The notes beneath the pieces are model-generated. The model was not told the DNA's origin. It did not search any database and saw only the letters and a list, made by a program, of their open reading frames with translations. A program made the position numbers and the translations under genes. 64,000 nucleotides of DNA from contig CP068257.2 of assembly GCA_009914755.4 (NCBI GenBank), forward strand, positions 21,408,001-21,472,000. Direction: 5' to 3'. The stretch is from the human T2T-CHM13v2.0 reference genome, Homo sapiens. This document shows positions 30,357 to 48,149 of this stretch, piece by piece (position 1 is the stretch's first letter; each line of letters starts with the position of its first letter).

Positions 30357-30430
30357 AGACAGAGTGAGACTCCATCTCAAAAAGGAAAAAAAAAAGACAA
30401 AAGAAAAAAGCAAAGAGAAGAAAAACTTCA
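30357..30430 (+). mobile_element. Alu 3'-terminal fragment with A-rich tail
   Basis: agacagagtgagactccatctcaaaaaggaaaaaaaaaagacaaaagaaaaaag. Confidence 0.6.
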
Positions 30431-30985
30431 GCCAAATTAAATTTAAAGGAGTTTAATTGAGCAATGAACCATTCGCAAATCAGGCAGAACAAGTTTGTAG
30501 ACTAAAAAAGGAAGTGACATACAGAAATCAGAAGTGAGGCACAGAAACAGCTAGATGGTTATATGTTGGCATTTGCCTTGTTTGAACACAGTTTGAACAC
30601 TCAACAGTCTATGATCAGTTGAAGTATGGCTGCTGGCATTGGCTAAGACTCTGCTATTATTACAGGCACATACTCCTAAGTTAGGTTTTCAATCTTGCCT
30701 ACCTATTAAGTATCCACAAGGACTCAGAGATAAAAGTATGGAGTCTTTCTCAGGCCATACTTCGTTCACTTTAACAGAAAGCATATGTTAACATGTGTGG
30801 AATCATTCCTTTAAGTGTTCTTTGGTTAAAACAGGAAAACCATATAACTGCTCATTCTCCTTTTGGTGCCGTTTTTATGCAGGCATTTTGACAACTGCTA
30901 TCTTTCACATTTTACCTACACCAAAAATCAGTTTCTTTGTTTCCTTAAGAAATTTACTTACTCTCTGTAAATTTGAAAATTTGAT

Positions 30986-31156
30986 CTTTCTTCTTTCTTT
31001 TCTTTCTCTCTTTCTTTTCTCTTTCTTTCTTTTTTTCTCTCTCTCTCCTTCCTTCTTTCCTTCCTCCGCTCTTCGTTCCTTTCTTTTCCTTTCTTTATTT
31101 CTCTCTATTTCTCTCTTCCCACCCCTCTTTTTCCCCCTCTCTCTGTCTCTCTCTGT
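30986..31156. repeat. ~170-bp polypyrimidine (CT/CTTT-rich) tract
   Basis: Nearly pure C/T: tttcttctttcttttctttctctctttcttttctctttctttctttttttctctctctctccttcc…ctctctgtctctctctg. ORF 30795..31163 is its translation (S/L/F-rich). Confidence 0.9.
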
Positions 31157-34100
31157 AAATTGAGCTTATTTAAAGTTTTTTTTTTTTTTAATGTAATCTG
31201 TCTTCATAAACCTGAGTAGGTCTGAAAGTTCAGGGAATTGTTTTTAAAATATCAAGTGACTTTTTCATTTGATGTGCATTTAAATGTTTTCTGGGGTGTA
31301 AAATTACAATCTTCGTGGTCATTTGTATTCACCATTGACATACTAGTAACTTACTTTGGCTGAGGCTTAGGCTTCATTTGCCGATGGACTATAGACTTTT
31401 AATTGAGAGCATGATGAGAATTGTTTTTCCTTCTTTTCTTTGTTTTAAGACAATGTTTTATGTTTTCCCACTGAATATTAAAATTTGTATATCTAGACAT
31501 CTCACACCGTGATTTCTCCCAGTGAAAAATTCTTAGGAGAAAAGCATTCATCTCAGTTAAATGCTTATATGACAAAAATTTCAAAGTTTTGAAATTCTGA
31601 TTAGCCTTACTGCAGGCAAAGTCTCTTAGAAGAAAGACTCTATCCTCATATTCTCAGGTCAGGAGCAATGTATTCATAATATCAAGGACTATAGAGCCAT
31701 AAATATGGCTTCCAATCAGTTCTGGTTCTAATCTGTCAAACCTATTTACACAGAAAAATAATGTTTGATAACGGCATATTAAATATGCTTTTGTTTGCAG
31801 ACTTTTTGTGGCGTTGTTTTTATTTTACTCTGTATTTAAATTTGTTTCTTTCTACAAATTCTCCTTTTGTCTTTGAACTATACCAAAAGATCTAACTTTT
31901 CCTGATTTATATTTTATAATATTGATTATTTAAAGGAATTATCCAAAATGTATTCAAGGATAGAGCTTAATATGATGCTTAATCAATTTTCTAATAGTTT
32001 TTTTTAGTGTATACATGGAATTAAATCTAAGCAACCAGTCAAGAATCTAATACATTTTTTTCTCTTATTTTGGTATCTAATTAGCTGTTTTCTTTTCTTA
32101 TTGCAAGAGCACGCTCAGTAAAATGTAGAATCAAAATAAAATGAAATTATAGATATAATGTTGAATTAAATTAATTACAGATATAATGATATATTGCAGG
32201 TCTTCCTCTTTGAAGATTATAATACAAGTGTAACAAATGCTAATAATTAAATTAGAAAAAACCATAAATACTTACAACAGAGTAAAAATGTTGTATCCCA
32301 TTTAAAATATATGTGTGATTCTATATTTACTTAATGTAGTTACATTCAGTCATATTTGGTATATAGTATAAATCTACCTCCTGCTCAAGAAGTTTCTTGC
32401 CACAATACCTCTCAATCATAGTTTTGTAAGAGATGTTCAATTATCACACTGCAACTTTGGAGCTTCCATAAAAAAAGATTGGCAAATATAGGAGAAGAAT
32501 GAAACTTAAAATCTGGAAAATGAAAAGAAGCATTTAATTTAAAAAAATCAAATTTAGTCATACAATAAAGTTCCCAGAGGAGGGAGAGGAAGAGAAAATA
32601 TAAAGCTATATTAACTTGGAGTTAGAGGAGTTTGTGGATTTAGAAGGAGCCAAGTGTTGAAGAAATGAGATGTTGATGAGCGAAAGGATAAGAGGATACA
32701 ATAGTGGGACTTTAACTCAGTATAGCAGTGAGATTTTTCATAATTCTAGAGAAATATGACAAGGCAACTTGAGACTTTTTGGAATTAGTGCAATGAGAAT
32801 AATCTTTCTGCCATTATTAAACTGATATGTGCTTATTCCTCCGTTTAAATCAGGTTCAGCCCAGTGGCCTTCACCTCAATTATTTCCCCAGGGTAGGAGA
32901 GTAGAACATATGATTTATACAGCTCTAGATATAGGTATTACTGGGAAAAGAAGTGATTTGTTAAATTTAACTTGTCAAATATTAAACCCAGGAGACTGAC
33001 TGAAATTGGAATCCTCTCAAGTTATAAAAGACCAACCACTTTTACCTCTGATATGAATCAACTCATGTCATCACTGAATGTTTTCATTAATGTAATATCA
33101 TTGAATACTAAAAACAAAACAAAAAAAAACAACATATACCCAACCAATTTATTCCAAGGACATCACTGACAGAAGAAAGCAGTGTGAAAGTGCATTGAAA
33201 GGGTAGGGCCATGTTTCTATATCCTTCTGTTATCACCAGAAATATTAATGAATCAACTAGTTTAATTGAAGGCAGGATATTTTTTCAAAACGGAGAGAAA
33301 TACTTGATGACAAAAGGTGGACTTCTGTGTAAGTGTGAGAGTGTGTGTTGCTGTGTGTTTGTGTTCTCTTATCTAAATAATAAATGAGTTGCTTTGGCTC
33401 TCTCCGACAACTTCTCATTTGAGTTCTTGCATCATGGTTTAGTTTGTGGAATCATAAAAATTATTTCTGCAAATATTCCTCTCCTGCTTCTATTTTTTAA
33501 ATTTTCTCTGGCATGTGCAATTATCACAATTCCACAAGGAACTACATCATAGTTCTAAAACATTAATGACAAAGGGAAAATGTTAAAAGTGTTCAGAAGG
33601 ATAAACATCTATTACCTGAAAATGAATAATTATGACAAATAACTATAGTAGAGTAGTGCTGAATGAAGAAACAAAATAATGTTCTAAATATATTGCAGAA
33701 AATACATTTAGAATTGCATGTGTAATAAAACTATCACAAATATGACAGCAAAAGAATCAAATTTCAAATTAAAATAAGCACTTAGAAAATTTACAAAGTT
33801 TTTATTTTTAGTGGACTTTAGAGGATGTTTTTTAAGCAAAATAAGAGAGAAAGCTGGGAAGAAATCAACGTGATGTTGTTGGGAAGTAAAAGAAAGTAGA
33901 TTTCTTAGTGAGGTGAGTGATCATGTTGATAAAATTTATCAGAGAATTAGGAAGAGAGAGAGAGAAAGAAGAGGAATTTATTCGTAGAATTAGAAATTCT
34001 AGAGGATTCTACACCAACAATTGGCAAAAAAACTGAGGTAATAGTATTCAGAAACTGATTTAGAATTTGTTTCAGGGAAATAAGCAAGGAGGTCATTATT

Positions 34101-34789
34101 TTGTTTCAAGATAATACCTAGCTAGATTTTCTATTTGTTGAGCTGTAGGGGTAAAGGCTAATGTATACGTTTTTATCCACTGGAAAGGCAAATAATTTAT
34201 GGTAGAAGAGGTGTCTCAAAATGTTATGGTTTGGGTCCTGTACAACATGTCCTGTATATTAAAATTTCATATAATCATAACACCTTTATATGTGATGGTT
34301 CATGCTTCACTTTGCCTTCCAAATCTTGTGCAAAATTTCTCTTCTGGTCAACTCTAACCAGGTTGTATAGGAAAGAAGATTTTGTTGGGTATCTTTCTGA
34401 TTAACATAAATTAATATTATCAAGGGAGTTCATGATGTAATTTCATATCATTCTCAAAAGTATGTATATATATTGTTTTTAATACTACTGTATCCTGCTT
34501 ATTTAATTTGGGAATTGCACTTATTGGAAGGTCTACAATATTCAATATTTATATAGAGAACTGTGCTCCTGTTGTTAATTTTAAGACATTTTAAAGAAGT
34601 ATCCTGTGTACTTTTAAGTGATTTATATTAATATTTTAGACATAATTGTCTTTATTCAACTACATACTGTGACTCAGAATAATTATATTGTTCAATCAAA
34701 CCAGGTAGGTTGTAAATGAATGTTATGTTTTATGCATCAAACACAATAATCAACTAATTATAATATTTCAGAATACAATGTTATTCAAC

Positions 34790-35930
<1,141 letters not shown>

Positions 35931-38039
35931 AATATCATCTGGTTCAAGATGGAAATGTGAAAAGTTTAAAGAGAAATGAAATCCTGTTGACTCATCAAAC
36001 TCACCCTTATACCTAAGTAATTTGCTATACAATTAGTACATTGAAAAGAAGACACCACTGTCTACACACGTAAATGACCAAAAAAAAAAAAATACACAGC
36101 TCTCTGATAATGCTACAATATTATCAACATTGAATATTGGTGAATTTGATTGCATATAAATTATATCTTTATAAAGATGGTAAAAAAAAAAACCACCCAC
36201 AGTTAAAAGAACATGTGAGGAACTTCCAAAAAATCAACAATAAAATAAAACAGGTAACTCAAAGAAAAACAGGCAAAAGATAAACAGTCAGGTTATAGAC
36301 AGAAAAAACTGAATAAGTATCAAACATATGAAGACCTACTCAACTTTGCTAAAGAAAGAAATTTATTTTTAAAACAACAATGAGATTAAGATGTTTCTAG
36401 ATTAGACTGGGAAAATTAAATAAAATGAATTATGAGATTATAGGAAGTTTTAACAAAAATAAAGGGAAAAACTTCATTATCTAAGGACAGAGTTATCTAA
36501 TATAGTCATTCTATAAAGTTATTGTGAAGAACTTAGATAAAATATGAATATGTATATTATAGGTATATCATTAGTCATGGGTGTGGACATTGATTGAAGT
36601 ATTGTTTGTGTTTAGGAAGAATGGAAGCTGGTTTGGAGACTATTACTGGTAAAATGGAAAAGTAAGATATGGTGGTTGCACTCCATAAGCTGTGAAGAAT
36701 TTAGATGTGTTAGCCTATAAACACAGCTGAACAGCTAGTTTCAAACACCAAAAGAAAATAAGGCATAGCACAAAATCATTTATACGAATTAAATTACTTG
36801 AACACATTAAACTAAACACTGCTTATTTTATTTAAATAGTTACTAACTCGATGATATATGTTAAACAGCTTAGAATATTGACTATATGGTGTAGAATGGG
36901 AAATAGAGGAAATGGGCCTAAAAGGGAGTAACTAAATAATGGCATGCATTTTCTATTGCTACAGGAAAAATGTAATGTAATTTAGCAGCTATGAACAATG
37001 CCCATTAATTATCTCATAATTCTGTAAGTCATACATTCAGGAGGTTTGCCTAGTTCCTTAAAGAAGTTTGGTGGCATCTGCTTAGAGTCTCAAAAGGTGA
37101 AAATCAAGGTGTTTACGGGGCTTCATTCGTTACTGGAATATCTTGAAGGAATATCTTTTTTCAGGTTCTGTAAGGCTGTTGGCAAAACTCAGTTCTTTGT
37201 GGTTTTAGAACTGAAGTCACATACCTTTGTTGCCTGTTGGCCAGGAGCTGTTCTCAGCTTCTAAAAGCTGGCCAAAATACTTGACTTATTTTATTTCTCT
37301 ATTTTCGAGGGCAGCAATGTGGATGGAGTTGTTATGCTTCCAGTCTCTCTGATCGCTCCTTATACCTCACCTCTCCTCCACTTTCCTTTTCCACCACATC
37401 TCTCTGAGTCCAGTGAAGAAATTTCTCTGAAATTTTTCAGCATATAAGAATAACTTCTGATGGCATTAGTTATACCTTTAAATTATCATTTTTAGCATTT
37501 CATTGTATGTCTAAACCATATATTCTTAAATTTAATTACCACAGTTTTGCTTTTTTCTTGTTTTTGTGATTTGATACCAACCCTTGATTAGTAAAGAAAA
37601 TGGAATAAACTTCTTCCTTCCAAGAAACAGCACTTTTTTTAAGTAAAGATGGAATATGTGTAATAGGTGAGGGATAACTAAAACTTGTCACATAAGGCAG
37701 GTAAGACCCCAACAATTGATCTAAGACTCAGTATTCAATGACCTATTCATTACTGAATAATTAAAAAGCTACATAAAAATCAATGCTACCTACACCTTAA
37801 ACATACATTTTAATTCACCCATAGATTCCCACAACCTTTTAGACATAAAGAGAAAATTTAGTATTAACTGAGAAAAATAACCCACTACCTATTGAATTCA
37901 GGTACTGTTGCTTAAAGGACAGCTACAGAATTCTCATCTCAATATTTTCATGTAAAATAAGTGGAAATCAATAGTCCAAATATCCTCATTAAGAAGGAGC
38001 CACTAATAAACAATATATTTATAATTTAGATAACATTTC

Positions 38040-40650
<2,611 letters not shown>

Positions 40651-40658
40651 GTTCTTTC

Positions 40659-40786
40659 TTCATTGTTGTACCTCCTTCATGACAAGCCATTCACATTTAT
40701 TAGCCAGGCGAAATGTGAATTTAATAAATTTATTAATACATTTATGCAATGTGAATGGCTTGTCATGAAGGAGGTACAACAATGAA
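40659..40786. repeat. Perfect 39-bp inverted repeat (arms 40659-40697 and 40748-40786) around a 50-bp AT-rich spacer
   Basis: Left arm ttcattgttgtacctccttcatgacaagccattcacatt; right arm aatgtgaatggcttgtcatgaaggaggtacaacaatgaa, its exact reverse complement. The spacer contains the palindrome ttaataaatttattaa and a third aatgtgaat copy. Confidence 0.9.
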
Positions 40787-43560
40787 AAAAATTCTTAAAA
40801 ATGAAAAAACTCTCAAAAATGATAAAAACCCTCTAGAATGATTTTTTTATTTTACATTTTCACAAACAGCCCTGGATACCACCCATCTCATTGCTCACCT
40901 AGTGTATGTGAAAATTGTATCTCTTCAATTTTTCTGGCAATTCTTCATTTACTAACTGCAATGCTTTCTCTGTTCAAAATCCTTTTTTGAATTATTGCAC
41001 ATATGCCTTTTTATACTTTATGTGCTTTTTCATATTTAACATGGAAAGAGTCCTTAGATATTTAGCCTCCTAATATCTGAGATCTGATAGCAGATATAAA
41101 ACTTCTGCTAATTTATAAATCAAGTTCATAATGTATGTAATGAGTTTTGGTTTTGCCTGGGGTTTTCAAATTTTTATAATTATACCTATTCCTGACAATA
41201 TCAATACTTAGTAATTGTCTCAAAATACATGCACACTTTGTTAATGTTATCTTCCACTCTTTGGATGTATAAAAATGTTACTATTTTATTAGATATAAAT
41301 TACTAATTCAGCGGTATTTAAAAATTGTTTGCTTCATAAACTAATTTAATATAAAATCCAGAAAGCTAAAATGCTTCACTGAAATAGCAATCAGAGATAC
41401 AGTATTATAATAAGCCATATGCCCTGGAATCTACAAGACTCGCTAGCCTACCACTTACCCTTAGAACCAAATTATTATCTTTAAGTATTAGTTACTTTAT
41501 CTGAAATGATGTCGTTTTCCAATTGCTTACATGAATTCCATATCAATTAAAATTATGTATTTTGCACACTTGCAATTTTGCACACTTGCAAAAAATAATA
41601 GTTTCTTCTTATTATATGTGACTGAATAAAATACAGTATAGATATATAATTGTCCTGAACCTTAAGTCACAGCTTTCTATGTACAACAGTAATCAATAGT
41701 CCTTAAATTAAATTTTGTCTCTCCTATCATGTTTAGAAATTTGTTTATAAATAATGTAAAAATACTCTCTAAAGAATATTTCCTACTTATCCTGATTTTT
41801 GAATAATATTGTAAAAGGTTGTATAACTTTTTACATTTATAAAACATTGTATATCATAACATTGAGAAATTGATGTACCATTTCTTACATGTACATTACA
41901 AAATTATAATTTTGACAATTTGGTCAAAGGCATTTACAAAATGCATTTCTAGGTTATAGCGTCCAATCTTTGATGTCACTTTAAAGAAGATATCAAGCTG
42001 TGACAAAAATAAAATTTTTGAAAATGCTTCATTAACCTGACCCTTTGAGGTCATTTATATTTCCAGTTTATAAAATAGGATTATCTTTTATATAGAAAGT
42101 CTGATCACACCTCCTGCAAGCTTAACATAATTAGAACCTGAAAGACAGTTGTTTTAAAATGCCAAATGCACCTTTAACCTTGATCCGGGTTACTGGCCCA
42201 TTATTTTCAGTCTGGCTGTTAGAGTTCCTACACAGTGTATTTAATTCTATGTTGTGAAAAGGCTTTTTACACTGCATTAGTGAAATGGAGAATACATCAA
42301 TACAAATCTTAAGAAAAGAGCAAAACTATAAATTTGGTAACAAACACCTTACATTGTAAATTATGTCGGGAAATATGACATAATCCCATTACAAATAAAT
42401 GCCAACTACCTGTGAAATGTGGAGAAGTATATTACCTACCTGAGAAAGTAATTGTAAAATTAATGGACAAATACCTATAAAGTATGTAGTATAGTAAGAT
42501 TTCTTTAAAATTACTTAATAGTATCAATGTTAATTTTTATGTTTAGGTCAATGAATTATGGGTACAACATAGGATACTTGTTACTACATTCCTTTCATAT
42601 AATGTCTTAAGATAGGTATTTTTATGAGATGCATTAATTCATGGTAACCATATAGAACAGGTATTCTATTTTACAAATTAATAAAAATTATCAAGGACTG
42701 AACTCTGGTAAATAAATAATACCAAGAAATATCATTGCTCACCTGTACTAGAATGTTGATTTTAATACTCTATAGTGTTTCCCAAGTTTTGATAGTGATA
42801 CATAATAAGATTGAAAAGTTATTTCTCTTAGGATCTTATGAAAAGAAACAAAAATTTTCATTGCTAAAAACTGACTTCTAATGTAGAATGAAAACTCTAT
42901 GGTTATAACTTTGAGTTTGTCTGGTCAAATTCTTATGTAACCAATTGTAAATCATTCACAATGACTTCCAAATCAAAACATCAGAATATCAATAGGACAT
43001 AATGGGAATACTTACAATTAATTTAATAGTACTTCTATTTACCAATTATATATTATAGTACTGACCTAATTATATTATCTCATTGAATAACCACTGTATA
43101 TTACTGAATCAGTAATTGGTTATTTAAAAATTCTCACATGAAAAAGAACCAAAAATTTAGTTATGTTTATAGGAAAACATTTTCTAATTAGTCTTTAAAT
43201 GTTCATTTTATATCTGATAATTAAATAACAAAATAACTTGTCAGCACAAGCACTAATTTTTTCCAAATTACAAAGTCATATGCAGACTTTGTAGAAGAAT
43301 CTACAAAGAATCTATTTTTACTCTATTATTTTTATTCTGTCAGCTTTCTCTGCCTCCAACCAAAAATAACTTCTTACCATCATAAAAAACTTGCGTTTTC
43401 AAAATGAAAACAATATACATTAGAATGCTTAGTAATAAAGCAATAACTGAGAAGAACTAATTAATTATAACAGAACTAATTTTTGGTCAGTGGAATTTTT
43501 TCACCTATTCCATTTCTTTTTACTGAATTATTTTAGCTCTGAAATATTTTTAAAATAATA

Positions 43561-44008
43561 TTTATTTTATTTTATTTTTATTATACTTTAAGTTTTAGGG
43601 TACATGTGCACAACGTGCAGGTTTGTTACATATGTATACATGTGCCATGTTGGTGTGCTGCACCCATTAACTCGTCATTTAGCATTAGGTATATCTCCTA
43701 ATGCTATCCCTCCCGCCTCCCCCCACCCCACAACAGTCTCCAGTGTGTGATGTTCCCTTTCCTGTGCCAATGTATTCTTATTGTTCAATTCCCACCTATG
43801 AGTGAGAACATGCGGTGTTTGGTTTTTTTTCCTTGCAATAGTTTGCTGAGAATGATGGTTTCCAGTTTCATCCATGTCCCTACAAAGGACATGAACTCAT
43901 CATTTTTATGGCTGCATAGTATTCCATGGTGTATATGTGCCACATTTTCTTAATCCAGTCTATCATTGTTGGACATTTAGGTTGGTTCCAAGTCTTTGCT
44001 ATCGTGAA
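43561..44008 (-). mobile_element. Young LINE-1 (L1PA-type) 3' end, 5'-truncated (~450 bp)
   Basis: Antisense of the canonical L1PA 3' end: …tatactttaagttttagggtacatgtgcacaacgtgcaggtttgttacatatgtatacatgtgccatgttggtgtgctgcacccattaactcgtcatttagcattaggtatatctcctaatgctatccctcc…agtgagaacatgcggtgtttggtttttt…ggctgcatagtattccatggtgtatatgtgccacattttcttaatccagtctatcattgttggacatttaggttggttccaagtctttgctatcgtgaata. ORF 43675..43875(-) is the usual ORF2 C-terminal translation. Confidence 0.85.
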
Positions 44009-46586
44009 TATTTCTTAACATTTTTACTTGTGTGTACTTCACTTTGTGAGAGTGGAAAATGGAAATGATCTATGGAAATAACTTATAAAATATACTACAT
44101 AATTTCTTATATTAACAAACATAGTAGACTAAAAGAACATACGTATTAATGTTCAGGTGAAGCACATATTATTTAAATATATGCGCGAGGGATAATATTT
44201 TAATAGTAATTGAGCCCTGAGCATTGGAATTTTTTACTTTACCTATACAATATAGTTTTATATGTAATATATAATACTTGCATTACAAGCCATAGTTGTC
44301 TTGAACTTACAAAAGCATTGTGTGGCTTCCATTTATTTAGAACTCCGATCAGTAGTGTTATGTTACTATGCATTTGAAGTCATTCTTTTTCACTTATAAA
44401 GTCCCTGAGTATATTCTTACATTGAGTGCACGTCAGAATAATTATGCTTTCTTCTTAGTATAAATGTAGTTGCATTTTTCTCTGTCTTTACTGTCTTTAT
44501 TTCTCCTCTGTAGTATTGGGTTATGTTCAGGTATTTGGCTTCCAAGACATGAATAAAGACAAAGGATCTTTGGAATTATTTGACATTGGTATAAGTCTTC
44601 TCATATTAATATCAGCAGGATAAATCATGTATCATTCATTAATGATGACAACTTCATGCACATTGTGGTAGATTCTGGGCACGAATTACTTCCTAATTAT
44701 CAATGAGAGGTGAGGTCTAATTCTCTTACCCATTATTCTATGCTGGTCTTAGTGCATCATACATAGTTGAAGTAAATTCAAAGAATTCCAAGGCTGGGTC
44801 ACCTGAACACTTGAAGCTACAGTTTGAGCATCTAAAAAAAACAAATAAACTTTTTGGAGCTGTGAGAAATCATGTAAGTTCAACTACCTTGTTGGGAAAA
44901 TCACATGGATAATTCTTGAAATAACATGACATGGAAAAGAGCCTCACAGACTCCAGTAAAACCCGTCAAAGTACCTCGTAGTTGGGTGACATGGTTTTAG
45001 ACCCTACAGGCACTCTTTAGCTAAGGAATCTCCCAGGCAATTCCCAACTGAAGTCCTTGCCCATAAGTATGCAAAATACAATAAAATGGTTTTTTGTTTT
45101 GTGACAGTTGGTTACACAACAATAGATGACTGTTATACCCATTTTATACTTGCTGGCAGCTATCTCTTAACCAATATTAAAATTCTTATGCTCTCTCAAT
45201 TATTAGCATATTTTCTTCTTTATTGTCTTCAACATTTAAAATTAAAATACTTGCCTTCCTATTCTAATTTCTTAAAGCCCACATTCCTATTCCATGGCTA
45301 CAACTATTTTGTCACAGAATTGGGAAAAACCCTCTGGAAAATAAAATAAACTCAAATACTTATGTGTTCTTGGAATTATCCTAAATGTTCTACTTTCTTT
45401 TTGCCTCAGGGAAGTTCTTTTTTTTTTATGATGAACATAACCAATAAGTTAAGGGTGGCCTTTTTTATACTTTTGGGTGAGTTTGTTTCCCTTTAAATAT
45501 ATTCAATTATCTTTTTTTTTCAGATACTTATGAAACAGGCCAGGGTCACTACTCTCTTCTAAGGTGTTATCTGAGCTCATTGTCTCATGACCAAGAGAAT
45601 TAAGGAGCATGGACAGAAAGGGTGAGATTGGAGAGAAAGTTTAATAAGCAAAAGAAGAAAGCTCTCCACAGCAGAGAGGGGAGCCTGAGTGGGTTTCCAT
45701 TTTTACAGCTGAATTCAAAAGCTTTTATAAGAAACCCCTCTTTTCTCTGTAGCTGTTTGAGTTACTTATCTGAAAAGCCATCTGCAGAACTCCTTCTTAT
45801 CTATGTAGTTGTGAGTATGTCTCTAGGCAAGCACAAAGTGCTGCTTCTCTTTTTTGTATAACTGTGGGTTTGTTTTAGGTAAGCCTCCCTCCTCCTTGTG
45901 CAAGTTCCCATGGAGCCCACCATATACATGTCTGAAAAGGGAGGAAACTTTTTCCTTGGAGCCCACCAATTATGCAAAGAACAAAAGCCTTCTGTACTGG
46001 ACCCTGCCGGCTTATCTGTGCAGGTGCAGCCTGAGTTTTCCCCAGGCTACTCTATTTTTGCCTGTACCTGTGGTTTTTCAAGCAGGCTGCTTCTCGGAGG
46101 ACCAGACTTAACTGTTTACTTAACTGATTTTATGTTTTCTTCTCCCTCACTTGTTGGACATGATTGAAAACAAAACCCTGAGAATACTGTACTATTACTT
46201 CAGAGCTCCAAAGTTTATTTTCATCTAAGATTAATACATATGTAAGGATTAGTATATATTCATATGTATATGTATTCATACTTAAACACCTAAGTGTAAT
46301 ACACACGTACTCAAGTATACATAAGTTCCAAATTCTATAACTAAAATTTTATGAAGAATATAAGTGATGCCTCCAAGTTTAAAATTAACAAGTGATATTT
46401 ATGTATTAATTATCCAGGTAAACAGAAATGGAGATCACATATATACAGTCTAGGACTAGCACTAGGAAACATCATATATACAGTTGAGAATAAAATGGGA
46501 ATGAAATCATAAATATATTCATTTGAGATCACCATAGATAGGAAGAAATATAAAAGTGTATAATCTATCAAGAATCACACTTAAAT

Positions 46587-46615
46587 ACACACACACATAC
46601 AAACACACACACACG
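46587..46615. repeat. (CA)n microsatellite
   Basis: acacacacacatacaaacacacacacacg. Confidence 0.85.
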
Positions 46616-48149
46616 TTCTAATGCTGGCAAGTGTCAGCAGCTATATTTTCCTACTGAGATATTTTCCTAAAGATGTTTTTAGAGAGTGTTTCACAAAGCA
46701 CCAAATGAAGGAAGAGATGAATACCGCTGAAGACTTTGAACTGTAACAGAAAGAACAGATGCTGAAGAACAGATGAAATTAACTTGAAACCGAGCTGTGA
46801 CCCTTACTTAATACATAATATATAGCACAATTTGTTACATTTCTATATATGTATTCTTTCTTATTTTGGAATTACAATATTTACGCTAGGTTTATTGAGT
46901 AAGTAAAATAATTAAATATTAGTTAAATTGTCTACTTAATATATATTGATTAAATCTGAATTTATTAGTAATTTCTACCATGTGTCTGGCATAGGCAACA
47001 AAACACAGGAAAGGCATGGTTCCTGCCATCAAACTGTACAATTCATGGCTATGGGCCATATGAATTAATGTTAGTTTATTCCCAGTCTTAAGTCTTCACG
47101 TATTTTAATCAAATCAAATGAGTTATGCAGTTAAGTCCCATTTACCCTTTAAAAAACAAAAACAGAATTTCACCTATTTTTAAAAAGTTGTTGTGAGTCA
47201 GTACTTTCTCCATTTCTTTTTTACAGGGTAGATCCAGAATCTTTTCTTTTCTTATGAGTCAAAATCATTTTTGAAAATCCAGCGTTCAAAAAGTGTATTT
47301 TGCACCTGTTCTTATTTAAGTTTCAAAGGAGGCTCTCATGACAAAAAATATCTCCTGATTTCTGAATTCTTCCCTGCCAGATTTGATTTAGCTCATGTGA
47401 CTCAATTTTATGGCATCTCAATGTGGAGTAGAAATCACTTTCAAAGTCAGATGTAACTCATTCTAACAAATCCTGTCATTCATCATCATTTTAAGTCTCT
47501 CTTGAGTAAACTGCAATTTGTACCAAGTTGTACAATATGGTTTGGGGATGTGTCATATTGTCTAGAGGAAGCTAAAACCCAGACTGTCAAATTCTTTTCA
47601 ATTAGGACTTTGTGTAGGATTTGAGTTGCAGTAAAACCCATAAAATAGAATCTGCAGTTGACTTGAGATAGGAATGAGAATTATTACTTTAGGTAGTTTG
47701 CCAGGTAGGCTGAATCTTTCATAGCTTCATCCAATTATGTAAACTTCGCATGGAATTCTGATATTCTAAGTTTATTTAATACTATAAAGTTTTATCTACA
47801 GTAAAAATGAAAAAAACTGATAATAGAATTCATAGTTTGATCACTGACTTCAAAATGCCTCATATGGATTTTAAGGTATTTAATTTTTCTTGTACTATAT
47901 TTGTGTTAATATAGAATTTTTATTTTTATTCATTCTTTTGTTTTAAATTATAAACACTACATATGCAAGACTGCTGCTTCCAGTTTTTATGAATTAAGAC
48001 TGCTTTTTTTATTAAGATACAATAGTTCAGAGTAGAACATTATTCGGCAGTAACTATCAGGAGAAGTTAATAAATAATGAGAAATGTAATATCTTTTCAA
48101 ACAATGAATAGCTTTATAAGGATCAAAAACTAGAAATGTTAAGGACTCA

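Noticed and set aside
30795-31163. 122-aa ORF rich in S/L/F
   Set aside because: Pure translation of the polypyrimidine tract; no coding features.
45590-46170. Moderately GC-rich stretch with ORFs 45854..46111 and 45898..46167; possible LTR-like element (…tgttggacatgattgaaaac… end)
   Set aside because: I could not match it confidently to any repeat consensus or protein family by eye, so it is left unannotated. It needs a Dfam/BLAST search.
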